From the NCBI GenBank assembly GCA_034530615.2, contig JAVRCV020000001.1, forward strand, positions 20,156 to 84,155: 64,000 nt of DNA, read 5' to 3'. This document shows positions 17,777 through 28,554 of this stretch, in pieces. Below the pieces are notes generated by a model. That model did no database searches. It was not told the origin of the DNA and saw only the letters and a program-made list of their open reading frames with translations. Source of the DNA: Aulosira sp. ZfuVER01. Lineage in GTDB: Bacteria > Cyanobacteriota > Cyanobacteriia > Cyanobacteriales > Nostocaceae. Position 1 is the first letter of the stretch. Every line of letters starts with the position of its first letter. The translations under genes were made by a program, and so were the position numbers.

Positions 17777-20700
17777 GTGAGGTTTTATGAAATACTTTTC
17801 AGAAGCGGAGTCAAGATTGTGGGCAATAAGCAAAAATTGACGGGATGTGAAGATATTGTGGCAGGCGGAGGTGAGATGGCAGCACTCATGCGATCGCTTG
17901 ATTGGTCAACTACCGCCGTCGGTGCTGTAGATACTTGGCCGCAAAGCTTGAAAACTGCCGTTCGCATCATGTTAGGCTCACGCTACCCCATGTTTGTTTG
18001 GTGGGGAGAGTCGATGACTAAGTTTTATAACGATGCTTACATTCCGGTTTTGGGTCAACGCCATCCCCAAGCACTAGGTCAGCCAGCTTCTCAGGTATGG
18101 GCGGAGATTTGGGACACCCTAGGGCCACAAGCGGAGGCTGTGCTGCAAAAAGGGGATTCTTCGTGGAATCAAGAATTGCTGTTAGTTATGCAGCGTAATG
18201 GCTATCCAGAAGAAACCTACTTTACCTTTTCCTACAGTCCCATTCCCCAGGAAGATGGTAATGTGGGTGGGGTCTTCTGCGCCTGCACTGAGGAAACCCG
18301 TCGCGTTTTGAGCGATCGCCGTTTGCATATTTTGCGAGAACTAGCAGCTAATACCGCCAAGGCTAAAACCGTCGAAGATGCTTGTGAAATTTCTGCCCAG
18401 ACCTTGGCGAGTAACCCCTATGATGTACCCTTTGCCCTGCTGTATTTGCTGGATGATAGCGGAGTGCAGGCGCGATTGGTAGGTGCAACCGGATTAGCCC
18501 CAGGAACCCCAGCCAGTCCCCCAGAAATTGAGATGGGATCGGAAATATGCGATCGCTGGTCGCTTGCTGATGTCCTTGCCAATGGAAAAAGTCAGTTAGT
18601 ACAGGATCTAAAATCAAAATTTGGAGATTTACCTGGTGGTGCTTGGCCAGAGTCCCCAAATTGTGCTTTTGTCTTACCCCTCACCACCCCCGGACAGGTG
18701 CGACTCAGCGGATTTTTAATTGCCGGGATCAGTCCGCGCCGCCAGTTTGACGATGATTATCAAGGCTTCTGGGATTTAGTCGCCGGACAAATTACCACTG
18801 CGATCGCTAACGCCCGCGCCTACGAAGCAGAAAAACTCCGGGCGGAAGCACTCGCAGAAATCGATCGCGCCAAAACTCAGTTTTTCAGTAACGTCTCCCA
18901 CGAATTTCGTACCCCCTTAACCTTGATGTTGGGGCCGACAGAAGATGCGTTATTCGATCCCACAAATCCTTTACCTGCTGTGCAACGCGAACGAATCGAA
19001 ATTGTCCAGCGTAACGCACTGCGGTTACTTAAATTAGTTAACACCTTGCTTGATTTTTCCCGCATTGAAGCTGGACGCATTCAGGCAATATATGAACCCA
19101 CAGATTTAGCCACATTTACCGCTGAACTTGCCAGTGTGTTTCGCTCCACAATTGAACAGGCAGGAATGCAACTGACTGTGGATTGTCATCACTTACCCGA
19201 AGCGATTTACATCGATCGCGAAATGTGGGAAAAAATCGTATTTAATCTCTTATCAAATGCATTTAAATTTACATTTTCCGGAACGATTACAGTTAAATTA
19301 GAGTATTTTCAAAAGTACGTTAATTTAGTTGTTGAAGATACAGGTATTGGCATTCCAAATGAGGAAATTCCCCATTTGTTTCAGCGATTTCACAGAGTCA
19401 AAGATGCCCAAGGAAGGAGTTTTGAAGGCTCAGGTATTGGTTTATCGCTGGTGCAGGAATTTGTGAAACTTCATGGTGGGACGGTTAGCGTTACCAGTGT
19501 TTTGGGTGGGGGAAGTTGTTTTACTGTCGCTATTCCCACAGGATCGGCTCATTTGCCACAGGAGGCAATCCGCACCACTCCCACCTTAATACCAACTACT
19601 TTAAGTTCAATCCCTTATGTGGAAGAAGCCCAACGTTGGGCAGATGAGGCAGACAAGGGAGATGGAATTTTGACATTTCCTCAAACAACTCGCATTCTTT
19701 TGGCTGATGATAATGCAGATATGCGTGATTATGTCAAGCGGTTGTTGAGTTCGCGCTATACAGTTGATGTAGTTGCAAATGGCATTACGGCATTAAATGT
19801 AGTGCGGGATAATCCACCAGACTTGGTATTAACAGATGTGATGATGCCAGGAATTGATGGCTTTGAATTACTGCGATCGCTGCGTTGCGATCCCCAAACT
19901 CAAGAGATCCCGATTATTTTATTATCGGCAAGGGCGGGTGAAGAATCGCGAATTGAAGGACTGGCAGCTGGAGCCGATGATTATATAGTTAAGCCGTTTT
20001 CAGCACGAGAATTACTGGCGCGTGTAGAAACCAATCTCAAATTATCCCAATTGCGACAAGTTGCGCGCAAGCAAGAACAAGTCTTAAGGATGGAAGCAGA
20101 AGCCGCGCTACGCGATCGCCAACAAGCAGAAGCCGAATTGCGTCAAAGCCAAGAACTTTTCCAGCAAATGGCAGACACAATTGAAAGCGTCTTTTGGTTA
20201 TCCGATCCGCAAGCACAAAAAATGCTTTACGTCAGCCCCGCCTACGAGAAAATTTGGGGACGTTCCTGTGAGAGCTTATATGCTGATAGCAAAAGTTGGA
20301 TGGAAACGATTCACCCCGACGATCGAGAACAGGTGCGGATGGCTGGGGAAAAATGTCTAGCCAAAGGTAATCATACTGAAGAATATCGAATATTACGTCC
20401 TGATGGTACGATTCGGTGGATATGCGATCGCGGCTTTTTAGTTCGCGATCGGCATGGACAACCATATCGCATTGCGGGAGTGGCCGAAGATATTAGCGAT
20501 GTCTACAACGAGCTGCGCTTACGCAAACAAGCCGAGCAAGAACGAGAAGAATTACTTGTGCGCGAACGCGCCGCCCGTGAAGAAGCGGAACGGGCCAATC
20601 GGATCAAAGATGAATTTCTCGCCGTCCTTTCCCACGAATTGAGATCGCCTCTCAACCCAATTCTTGGTTGGTCAAAGTTGTTGCAAAATAGCAAACTTAA

Positions 20701-21718
20701 TGCCAAGCAAACTGCGGAAGCCCTCGCCACCATTGAACGTAACGCCAATTTACAAGCACAGCTGATTGAAGATTTACTTGATGTCTCGCGGATTCTCCGG
20801 GGCAAATTGGTCTTAAATACCATGCCCCTCGATTTGGGTAGGGTAATTTACTCGGCGCTGGAGACTGTGCAATTAGCTGCTCAAGCCAAGTCTTTAGAAA
20901 TATATACAAATATTAGCCCAATGGTCAGCGCGATCGGAGATGCGACTCGATTGCAGCAAGTAGTGTGGAATATTTTAGCCAACGCTGTTAAATTTACGCC
21001 ACCAGGGGGGAAAATTGAAGTTGATTTAACACCAGTTGGTAGCAATGCTCAAATTCGAGTCAAAGATACAGGTAAAGGTATCCATCCTGAGTTTCTACCC
21101 TATGTATTTGACCATTTCCAACAAGAAGACGGCTCCACAACCAGGCAATTTGGTGGTTTGGGGTTGGGACTAGCGATCGTGCGTCAACTAGTGGAACTGC
21201 ATGGCGGGACTGTGGCGGTGGAAAGTCTTGGTGAAGGACAGGGTGCAACTTTTACAGTCCAAATTCCCCTCTCTAGGGATGCAATTATTCCCAAAGCTAC
21301 TTTGCCACTATCAAATAAGCGATCGCCAAATCTCAGTGGCATTCACATTTTAGTTGTGGATGACGAACCAGACTGCCGCGAACTTCTCACCTTTGTATTC
21401 ACACAAGAACAAGCAATAGTCACAGCTGTTTCATCAGGATTAGCAGCACTCAACGCTATTAACCAAGCAGTTCCAGATATATTGATTAGTGATATCGGTA
21501 TGCCTGAGATGGATGGTTATATGCTCATGCACAACATTCGCGCCTCATCACATGGTAAATCAATTCCAGCCATAGCCTTAACTGCTTACGCTGGAGAATT
21601 GAATCAGCAAAAAGCGATCGCAGCGGGTTTCCAAAGACATATTGTCAAACCAGTCGATACCAATGTAGCGATCGCGATCGTTGTTGAGTTAGTTAGGCAA
21701 AAGCAAATTAATATTTAA
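17777..21718 (+). CDS. Double hybrid histidine kinase (PAS-like, GAF, HK1, REC1, PAS, HK2, REC2)
   Basis: Two H-boxes (VSHEFRTPL, LSHELRSPL), two HATPase domains, two receivers (TDVMMP, SDIGMP); true start may be GTG 17819 after GGAG. Confidence 0.95.
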   Translation: MRFYEILFRSGVKIVGNKQKLTGCEDIVAGGGEMAALMRSLDWSTTAVGAVDTWPQSLKTAVRIMLGSRYPMFVWWGESMTKFYNDAYIPVLGQRHPQALGQPASQVWAEIWDTLGPQAEAVLQKGDSSWNQELLLVMQRNGYPEETYFTFSYSPIPQEDGNVGGVFCACTEETRRVLSDRRLHILRELAANTAKAKTVEDACEISAQTLASNPYDVPFALLYLLDDSGVQARLVGATGLAPGTPASPPEIEMGSEICDRWSLADVLANGKSQLVQDLKSKFGDLPGGAWPESPNCAFVLPLTTPGQVRLSGFLIAGISPRRQFDDDYQGFWDLVAGQITTAIANARAYEAEKLRAEALAEIDRAKTQFFSNVSHEFRTPLTLMLGPTEDALFDPTNPLPAVQRERIEIVQRNALRLLKLVNTLLDFSRIEAGRIQAIYEPTDLATFTAELASVFRSTIEQAGMQLTVDCHHLPEAIYIDREMWEKIVFNLLSNAFKFTFSGTITVKLEYFQKYVNLVVEDTGIGIPNEEIPHLFQRFHRVKDAQGRSFEGSGIGLSLVQEFVKLHGGTVSVTSVLGGGSCFTVAIPTGSAHLPQEAIRTTPTLIPTTLSSIPYVEEAQRWADEADKGDGILTFPQTTRILLADDNADMRDYVKRLLSSRYTVDVVANGITALNVVRDNPPDLVLTDVMMPGIDGFELLRSLRCDPQTQEIPIILLSARAGEESRIEGLAAGADDYIVKPFSARELLARVETNLKLSQLRQVARKQEQVLRMEAEAALRDRQQAEAELRQSQELFQQMADTIESVFWLSDPQAQKMLYVSPAYEKIWGRSCESLYADSKSWMETIHPDDREQVRMAGEKCLAKGNHTEEYRILRPDGTIRWICDRGFLVRDRHGQPYRIAGVAEDISDVYNELRLRKQAEQEREELLVRERAAREEAERANRIKDEFLAVLSHELRSPLNPILGWSKLLQNSKLNAKQTAEALATIERNANLQAQLIEDLLDVSRILRGKLVLNTMPLDLGRVIYSALETVQLAAQAKSLEIYTNISPMVSAIGDATRLQQVVWNILANAVKFTPPGGKIEVDLTPVGSNAQIRVKDTGKGIHPEFLPYVFDHFQQEDGSTTRQFGGLGLGLAIVRQLVELHGGTVAVESLGEGQGATFTVQIPLSRDAIIPKATLPLSNKRSPNLSGIHILVVDDEPDCRELLTFVFTQEQAIVTAVSSGLAALNAINQAVPDILISDIGMPEMDGYMLMHNIRASSHGKSIPAIALTAYAGELNQQKAIAAGFQRHIVKPVDTNVAIAIVVELVRQKQINI
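20501..20521 (+). mobile_element. 21-bp small dispersed repeat (SDR-type) inserted in a HIP1 site, in frame
   Basis: gcgat[gtctacaacgagctgcgctta]cgc; deleting the 21 bp restores GCGATCGC and the usual ISDRK linker. Confidence 0.85.
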
Positions 21719-21779
21719 CTACTGATAGTAAATAGATATGACCAAATACCCATAACCAATGACCAATGGCAAATAACCC

Positions 21780-23246
21780 ATGACAAAAAATTACTTTCGT
21801 GTAGGGATAGCGGCTATATTTCTCTTCTCAGTTGCTTTGCGTTTTTGGGGACTGGATCGATTTAATACCCTAGTATTTGATGAAATTTACTTTGCCAAAT
21901 TTGGGAATAACTATCTTACCCATACTCCCTTTTTCAATGCTCATCCGCCATTGAGTCAATATATTATTGGTATTGGGATTTGGCTTGGCAGTCATTTGCC
22001 TTTTGGGCAAGAATCAGTAAACGGGTTAGCAGGTTCTTTACTATCTCCTTGGAATTATCGTTGGGCAAATGCCTTCACTGGTTCATTGATTCCTTTAGTG
22101 GTCATCGGTGTTACTTATCAAATCAGTCATCGTCGTAGCTTTGCATTACTTGCAGGGTTCTTTACAGCGTGTGATGGGTTATTTCTTGTTGAATCTCGCT
22201 ATGCTCTGAGTAATATTTATATTGTGATTTTTGGTTTATTAGGGCAGTGGTTTTTATTTTTAGCCTTAGATAACCAAAAACAACGGCGTTCTTTATGGTT
22301 AATTGCTGCTGGTATTGGTTTTGGTGCGTCAGTTGGCACTAAATGGAATGGTTTATGGTTTCTGTTAGGTGCTTATCTAATTTGGGTTACAGCTTGGCTT
22401 ATTCATGGGTTGCATTCTTATCTTAGTCCGGGCGAAGATGCCAAACTTGAGGAATCACCATTAGCTCAAGTTGAGACACCACTACAAAAGCTGACTCAGC
22501 TAAATATTTTCCAGATGGGGTTTTATTTAGGAATTATCCCGGCTTTAGTCTACAGCCTGATCTGGATTCCTCACCTGCATCTCGATACAAGATACGGTTT
22601 TATCGAAGTACACCAACAAATTTTGCAGTTTCACCTACACATGGGTGGTAATAGTCCCACTGTGCATCCTTACTGTGCTGCTTGGTACAAATGGCCTTTA
22701 ATGACTCGACCAATGGCCTATTATTATCAAACATCTAGTAGTTTCACAGATCCCTTACCAGTCATGGGGCCTAATTTACCCGCTGCTGATGGACAGGTAA
22801 TTTATGATGTCCATGCAATGGGTAATCCTTTTTTGTGGTGGTCTGGGATGGCTGCGATGTTGTTTTTAGTAGGGATGCTAGTGTCAAAATTGGTGATGCC
22901 TTTAGTCAAAAATAAGCGGTTGTCTATACCTGCAAACCTTTCTGTTGATACTTGGGTTGCCTTGTATATAGTGTTAAATTATGCCGCTAATTTATTACCT
23001 TGGGTAAAAGTCACCAGGTGTGTTTTTATTTACCACTATATATGTGCTGTGGTGTTTGTATTTTTAGCGATCGCTTGGTTTGTAGATCAATGTCTTCGCA
23101 GTTATTATCAGGAACTACGCGCTTTCGGTGTTACTATTACTTTTATCATTTTGGCTGCTTTTATCTTCTGGATGCCAATTTATTTAGGCTTACCTCTAAC
23201 TGCTGAGGGTTATAAACTGCGAATGTTGTTTAACTCTTGGATTTAA
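21780..23246 (+). CDS. Lipid-carrier-dependent glycosyltransferase, protein O-mannosyltransferase (PMT/GT39) type
   Basis: LVFDEIYF, HPPL, ESRYAL, KWNG, HPY, GNP.LWW and FIYHY motifs; multiple TM segments. Confidence 0.9.
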   Translation: MTKNYFRVGIAAIFLFSVALRFWGLDRFNTLVFDEIYFAKFGNNYLTHTPFFNAHPPLSQYIIGIGIWLGSHLPFGQESVNGLAGSLLSPWNYRWANAFTGSLIPLVVIGVTYQISHRRSFALLAGFFTACDGLFLVESRYALSNIYIVIFGLLGQWFLFLALDNQKQRRSLWLIAAGIGFGASVGTKWNGLWFLLGAYLIWVTAWLIHGLHSYLSPGEDAKLEESPLAQVETPLQKLTQLNIFQMGFYLGIIPALVYSLIWIPHLHLDTRYGFIEVHQQILQFHLHMGGNSPTVHPYCAAWYKWPLMTRPMAYYYQTSSSFTDPLPVMGPNLPAADGQVIYDVHAMGNPFLWWSGMAAMLFLVGMLVSKLVMPLVKNKRLSIPANLSVDTWVALYIVLNYAANLLPWVKVTRCVFIYHYICAVVFVFLAIAWFVDQCLRSYYQELRAFGVTITFIILAAFIFWMPIYLGLPLTAEGYKLRMLFNSWI

Positions 23247-23282
23247 ATCATGAAAAGCTGGTAACTTTCATCTTCTTACAAA

Positions 23283-23480
23283 GAAAGGCAGAGGGTCGAG
23301 GGCAGAGGGCAGAAGGTTAAGAGTATCAATTAAAACTTTAGTTCTGGGTTTAAAGCCCAGTTCAAACGCATAATTATACCGAGACTGTTTACAGCGAGGT
23401 AGAAAACGTCATGATCGCAATCCCACTTTTTTAAAGGTGGGTTCCCTTCTGCCCTCTGCCTCCAGCATAGCTGCCTTCTG
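23283..23480. repeat. Inverted heptamer (GGCAGAG / CTCTGCC) STRR-type element between convergent genes
   Basis: ggcagagggtcgagggcagagggcagaagg ... ccttctgccctctgcc...gctgccttctg. Confidence 0.7.
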
Positions 23481-23503
23481 AATTTTCTCACCTTTTTTCT
23501 AAG

Positions 23504-25723
23504 TCACGTTAGGTGTGAATTAGTAATTGCCTGTACAAAGGCAATAGTACTGTTCCAGGTAACTGTTTGATTAAGTAAATACTGAGTGAATATTTCTTGT
23601 ACAGCTTGTATTTCCCTAACTGTCAGATTCTTCGCCAAACGGTCTGCATAACTGGGGCGAGTTGCATTAGTAGCAAACAAGCGATTGATAAAAGCTTGGG
23701 TAATGTGCATTTGTGTGGAATTATGCTCAAGCATCACTTCCACAACTAAAGAAGCAGCCTCAAAAGCTTTGCGCAAATCTTCAGCATCCCAGTTGAGCAT
23801 GGGGTCTGTTTCCTCTGCATAAATAGCTTCTTCCGCAGTCACTAACTTTTCATACAAATCCAAATCTAGCTGCTTGGATTCTAGTAACCGATAAAATCTT
23901 TGCGTATGACGCGGCACTGTCTCAGCTAGTATAATTGCTCCTTGTGGTTGCAGTAATTTAGCCAAGATTTTGGCAATAGCTACTTTATCAGGTTCAGAAC
24001 GTAGGGCATTGCGTCCAATAATGCGGTCAAAGCGGATATCAGTAGCTTTTGTGGGTAACTCTGCTAATGTGGTCTGCAAAATCAGCGGACGCATTAATTC
24101 TGGCAGTGCTGCGGCTTGTTCGGCTAAAGCATTAGCGTCAGAGCTAGTATGCACACAAGCACAAACTCCACCTTCTGGGGCGCGACGTATGGCTTCCCAG
24201 GTAAGTAAACCACTGCTAGCATTGATATCTAAAATGAGATGATGACGCTGTACTTGGGCGATATTAAAGATGCGATCGCGTACTGCTCCTAACTGTTCTC
24301 CTACTTGCGAAAGTGTACGCTGCAACCATCGCTCAGAATTGCGATCGGTATTGCTATATGTCAGGACTTCTTGTGGTGCAATACCTACACCTTCTACTAA
24401 AGCTGCTAGCTGCGCCTCGCGATGACGCGCCACCCGCGTAGCAATTTGCTGTTCGTAACCTTGGTCTGATGGCTGGTAAAAAACTTGTCCTTGCAAACTC
24501 ACAGGTAAGTATTGTTGAGCTACCCAATGATCGCGGTAAGCGTGAGGATAAAGATAACCGACTCCATGCCCAAAGCCTTTTTTGTCACGATTAGCATCTT
24601 TAAGATGTGTGGGAACCTCCGCTTCCCTTTCACTCTCAACCGCAGCTAAGGCATCAAAAAAACCCATGACGCTATTGGACTTTGGTGCATTTGCCAAATA
24701 CAGGGTTGCTTGGGCTAAATGATAACGTCCTTCTGGCAACCCCACACGGTCAAAAGCTTCTGCACAAGCATTAATCACTACAACTGCTTGAGGGTCAGCT
24801 AGTCCGACATCTTCACTAGCTAAAATCAATAAGCGGCGTAAAATAAAACGCGGGTCTTCGCCTGCATAGACCATTTTTGCCAGCCAATACAAAGCTGCAT
24901 CTGGGTCAGAACCGCGAATGCTTTTGATGAAGGCGCTGATGGTATCAAAGTGGGCATCCCCTTCTTTATCGTATAAAACAGCACGCTGCTGAATTGATTC
25001 TTCTGCAACTGCTAGGGAAACGTAAATTACACCTGTGGTATCAGGTGGCGTTGTTTCTACCGCTAATTCCAACGCATTGAGCAGCGAACGAGCATCTCCG
25101 TTAGCAACATTTACAAGATGTGCCAGCGCCTCTGGTGCAATTTGTACTTGCTTTTTACCGTAACCGCGTTCTGAATCAGTTAGCGCTTGCTGGACTATGT
25201 TGTACAAATCTTCATCGTTGAGTGGCTTAAGTTGGAAAATCCGCGATCGGCTGACTAAAGCTTTGTTAACTTCAAAGTAAGGATTTTCTGTGGTCGCACC
25301 AATTAAAATCACCGTACCATTTTCTACCCAAGGCAATAGTGCATCCTGTTGGGACTTGTTAAAACGGTGGACTTCATCGACAAACAAAATTGTCCTTTGA
25401 TTGTGGAACTTGCGCTGTTCTTGAGCTTGGTCAATTGCTCCCCGAATCTCTTTAACGCCAGAAAGCACAGCATTAATCGCAATAAAATTAGCACGAGTAG
25501 TATTGGCAATCACCCGCGCTAAGGTGGTTTTACCTGTTCCTGGCGGGCCAAAGAAAATTAATGAGGATAGTTGGTCTAAACTGATAGCACGCCGCAGCAG
25601 CCTTCCTGGCCCAAGAATGCGATCTTGACCGATGAATTCATCAAGAGTTCGCGGACGCATCCGTGCAGCCAGGGGTGCTTCCGTTTCCGTAATTTGCCTT
25701 AAATGCTGGTCAAATAAATCCAT
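23504..25723 (-). CDS. rarA: Replication-associated recombination protein A (RarA/MgsA AAA+) with C-terminal methyltransferase-like domain
   Basis: [61 protein letters not shown]; extra ~280 aa with ILDINASSG and FD.IIGRN. Confidence 0.93.
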   Translation of the reverse strand: MDLFDQHLRQITETEAPLAARMRPRTLDEFIGQDRILGPGRLLRRAISLDQLSSLIFFGPPGTGKTTLARVIANTTRANFIAINAVLSGVKEIRGAIDQAQEQRKFHNQRTILFVDEVHRFNKSQQDALLPWVENGTVILIGATTENPYFEVNKALVSRSRIFQLKPLNDEDLYNIVQQALTDSERGYGKKQVQIAPEALAHLVNVANGDARSLLNALELAVETTPPDTTGVIYVSLAVAEESIQQRAVLYDKEGDAHFDTISAFIKSIRGSDPDAALYWLAKMVYAGEDPRFILRRLLILASEDVGLADPQAVVVINACAEAFDRVGLPEGRYHLAQATLYLANAPKSNSVMGFFDALAAVESEREAEVPTHLKDANRDKKGFGHGVGYLYPHAYRDHWVAQQYLPVSLQGQVFYQPSDQGYEQQIATRVARHREAQLAALVEGVGIAPQEVLTYSNTDRNSERWLQRTLSQVGEQLGAVRDRIFNIAQVQRHHLILDINASSGLLTWEAIRRAPEGGVCACVHTSSDANALAEQAAALPELMRPLILQTTLAELPTKATDIRFDRIIGRNALRSEPDKVAIAKILAKLLQPQGAIILAETVPRHTQRFYRLLESKQLDLDLYEKLVTAEEAIYAEETDPMLNWDAEDLRKAFEAASLVVEVMLEHNSTQMHITQAFINRLFATNATRPSYADRLAKNLTVREIQAVQEIFTQYLLNQTVTWNSTIAFVQAITNSHLT

Positions 25724-25840
25724 AAAATCTCGCTAAGGATTAACCCAGCCCCCAGTTCTATCAGCCACACCGAAAAGCATAAGGCTAAGATAATAGCCAT
25801 ATTGCTGCATCTACTATTCTACAAATCTCAACTTGCCTTC

Positions 25841-27322
25841 ATGAGTACAATCCCAACCTTACCCAACTACATCAATGGTCAGTGGTGTGCATCTACTAGC
25901 GCTACAGACTACTTAGAGGTCATCAATCCCGCAACCGTAGAAATACTGGCACAAGTACCTGTATCGCCTGCATCTGAAGTGAATAAAGCAGTTGCAGCTG
26001 CTGTGGCAGCTTTTGTGACATGGCGGCGCACCCCAGCTGCAGAAAGAGTGCAGTATTTATTTAAACTCAAAAACCTGCTAGAAGAACATTATGAGGATTT
26101 GGCGCGGACGATTACTATAGAATGCGGTAAGACTTGGGCTGAGTCCAAGGGTGAAATGCGTCGGGCGATTGAAAATGTAGAAGTCGCCTGTGGAATTCCC
26201 ATGATGATGCAAGGGACGAATCTGGAAGATATTGCCACAGGTATTGATGAGATGATGATTCGCCAACCCTTGGGAGTGGCGGCGGTGATTTGTCCTTTTA
26301 ACTTTCCGGGGATGATTCCGTTTTGGTTCTTGCCTTATGCGATCGCAACTGGCAATACTTACATTGTCAAGCCTTCGGAAAAAGTGCCGCTGACAATGCA
26401 AAAAATCTTTCACTTACTACACAAAACTGGTTTGCCCAAAGGGGTAATTAATTTAGTAAATGGTGCGAAGGAAACTGTCGATGCGATTTTAGATCATCCG
26501 CAAATCCGGGCAATTAGTTTTGTGGGTTCCACCCCAGTAGCTAGATATATATATAGTAGAGGCGCAGCTAATGGTAAAAGAGTGCAGTGCCAAGGTGGTG
26601 CTAAAAATCCCTTGATTGTTTTACCAGATGCAGACATCGAGATGACTACACGTATTGCGGCTGATAGCGCTTTTGGTTGTGCAGGACAACGCTGTTTAGC
26701 CGCATCTATTGCAGTCACGGTTGCAGATGCACGCCACTCTTTTACAGAAGCCATAGCCGAAACTGCGAAAAACCGTGTGGTAGGTAACGGTTTAGATAAA
26801 AGTGTGGAAATGGGGCCAGTAATTGATAGTCGCAGTAAAAACCGGATTGAGGGATTAATTCAACAAGGGGTAGAGGAAGGAGCAAATCTTTTAGTAGATG
26901 GGCGAAAAGCGAATATTTCTGGTTACGAACAAGGTAATTTTATTCGACCAACAATTTTACAAAACGTCAACCCAACAGGTGAAATCGCCCGTACCGAAAT
27001 TTTTGGCCCAGTACTGAGCTTAATACATTTAGATACTATTGATGATGCGATCGCCTTAGTAAATAGCGGTCAATATGGCAACATGGCTTGTTTATTCACC
27101 AGTAGCGGCGCTGCTGCACGTAAATTCCGCTACGAAGCAGAAGCAGGTAATATTGGCATCAACATTGGCGTTGCTGCCCCAATGGCATTTTTCCCCTTTA
27201 GCGGTTGGAAAGAAAGCTTTTTTGGCGATTTACACGGGCAAAGCAACCACGCAGTTGAATTTTTTACCCAAACAAAAGTGGTAGTAGAACGCTGGCCCAG
27301 CAATTGGTCACGTCAATTTTGA
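25841..27322 (+). CDS. mmsA: CoA-acylating methylmalonate-semialdehyde dehydrogenase
   Basis: [54 protein letters not shown] at 25841. Confidence 0.93.
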   Translation: MSTIPTLPNYINGQWCASTSATDYLEVINPATVEILAQVPVSPASEVNKAVAAAVAAFVTWRRTPAAERVQYLFKLKNLLEEHYEDLARTITIECGKTWAESKGEMRRAIENVEVACGIPMMMQGTNLEDIATGIDEMMIRQPLGVAAVICPFNFPGMIPFWFLPYAIATGNTYIVKPSEKVPLTMQKIFHLLHKTGLPKGVINLVNGAKETVDAILDHPQIRAISFVGSTPVARYIYSRGAANGKRVQCQGGAKNPLIVLPDADIEMTTRIAADSAFGCAGQRCLAASIAVTVADARHSFTEAIAETAKNRVVGNGLDKSVEMGPVIDSRSKNRIEGLIQQGVEEGANLLVDGRKANISGYEQGNFIRPTILQNVNPTGEIARTEIFGPVLSLIHLDTIDDAIALVNSGQYGNMACLFTSSGAAARKFRYEAEAGNIGINIGVAAPMAFFPFSGWKESFFGDLHGQSNHAVEFFTQTKVVVERWPSNWSRQF

Positions 27323-27374
27323 TTTGTTGGGAAAATTGGGCATGGGGCATTGCTCAAGAGTCATTAGTTATTTC

Positions 27375-27430
27375 TTCCTTATCCTCCTTGTCCTCCTTGT
27401 CCCCCTTGTCCCCCTCATCCCTTCATCTTC
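27375..27430. repeat. 9-bp tandem repeat (TCCYCCTTG-like)
   Basis: cttccttatcctccttgtcctccttgtcccccttgtccccctcatccc. Confidence 0.7.
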
Positions 27431-27881
27431 CCTACCCGAACAGCGATGGAATATTTTTTCACTTGGAATTCCCTCATCTTGGTACAACTAAGCGATCGCA
27501 TTTTGCGTTACATAGCAAATCTATGAAATATTTTTAAAGTAAAGTGTATATTTTATTTTTTATCTAGGGAAATTACATAGACAGCAATTTCTCAGTCTAA
27601 TCTAAAAGACTTGTAAAATACCGAAAGTAGGGTTTTATTGCTCTAACTATGGTAGTAATACTGAAATTATATTTCAGTAATAAATTACTCCCATTGCATG
27701 AAGAATTAAATCGAGAATGTGAGACAATGAAATTGTTGAAGTTAAGTATGCTACCAATCAAGCCTTACATTTGCGTAGACTAAACTAACAGTCTTTTGCT
27801 AAAAGCTTAGAAGTAGTTAACCAAGTCTGCCACTGTTTGAATGATTGATTAGCTTCTGGATAATCATGAGAGGAAAAAATT

Positions 27882-28328
27882 ATGAGACAGGTATTGTTGA
27901 CCGCAGTAGCTTTCATCAGCACCCTATCTCTAGCTGTTCCAATTCCCACTCAAGCATCTGAAAACCAACCCCAAGTCAAACGTCTTCTTGAAACTGGAGT
28001 ATGTTCTGGATGTGATTTAAGAGGTGCAAATCTCAGCGGTGCTCACCTAATTGGTGCGGATTTAAGAAATGCTAATTTAAGAGGTGCTAATTTAAAAGGC
28101 GCTAATTTAGAGGGTGCGGATTTAGAAGGTGCTAATCTGGAGGCTGCTAATTTAACCAAAGCGTTCGCCAGTGATACTAGCTTCAATAACGCTAACCTAA
28201 CTAATGCTAATTTAGCCCAAGCTCATCTACATAACGCTCAAGTAGATGGTGCTGTGATGATTGGGACTAATATCACGGGTGCCGATGGATTTGATATCAA
28301 TCTTGGTATCGGCGGTGGCGAAGAATAG
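27882..28328 (+). CDS. Pentapeptide repeat protein with signal peptide
   Basis: LLETGVCSGCDL followed by A(D/N)Lxx repeats. Confidence 0.95.
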   Translation: MRQVLLTAVAFISTLSLAVPIPTQASENQPQVKRLLETGVCSGCDLRGANLSGAHLIGADLRNANLRGANLKGANLEGADLEGANLEAANLTKAFASDTSFNNANLTNANLAQAHLHNAQVDGAVMIGTNITGADGFDINLGIGGGEE

Positions 28329-28330
28329 TT

Positions 28331-28459
28331 ATATCGTGTCCGGTGAAAGACTTATCATTAAAACCGCATGGTAGCAGGGTGCAGGGTGCATAGAGAAAGA
28401 GGATTTCGCAATTTTTGCACAGATGCGGGAATTATAACTAAGTTAGACGGACATGATAT
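28331..28459. mobile_element. Putative MITE with ATATCRTGTCCG terminal inverted repeats
   Basis: atatcgtgtccg (28331) and cggacatgatat (ending 28459), one mismatch; internal gcagggt heptamers. Confidence 0.6.
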
Positions 28460-28489
28460 CAAACAATTTTGGATTTGAGATTTGTCGCA

Positions 28490-28522
28490 CTACATCTCCC
28501 ATGCTTCTGTCGGGAGATGTAG
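28490..28522. terminator. Hairpin between convergent pentapeptide gene and tldE
   Basis: ctacatctccc...gggagatgtag 11-bp stem. Confidence 0.55.
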
Positions 28523-28554
28523 CGTTTATTGTCTTACCTGATAACTCTTAAGTG

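Noticed and set aside
27304..27537. 77-aa ORF
   Set aside because: Translation of heptamer and nonamer repeats (SSLSSLSPLSP) downstream of mmsA
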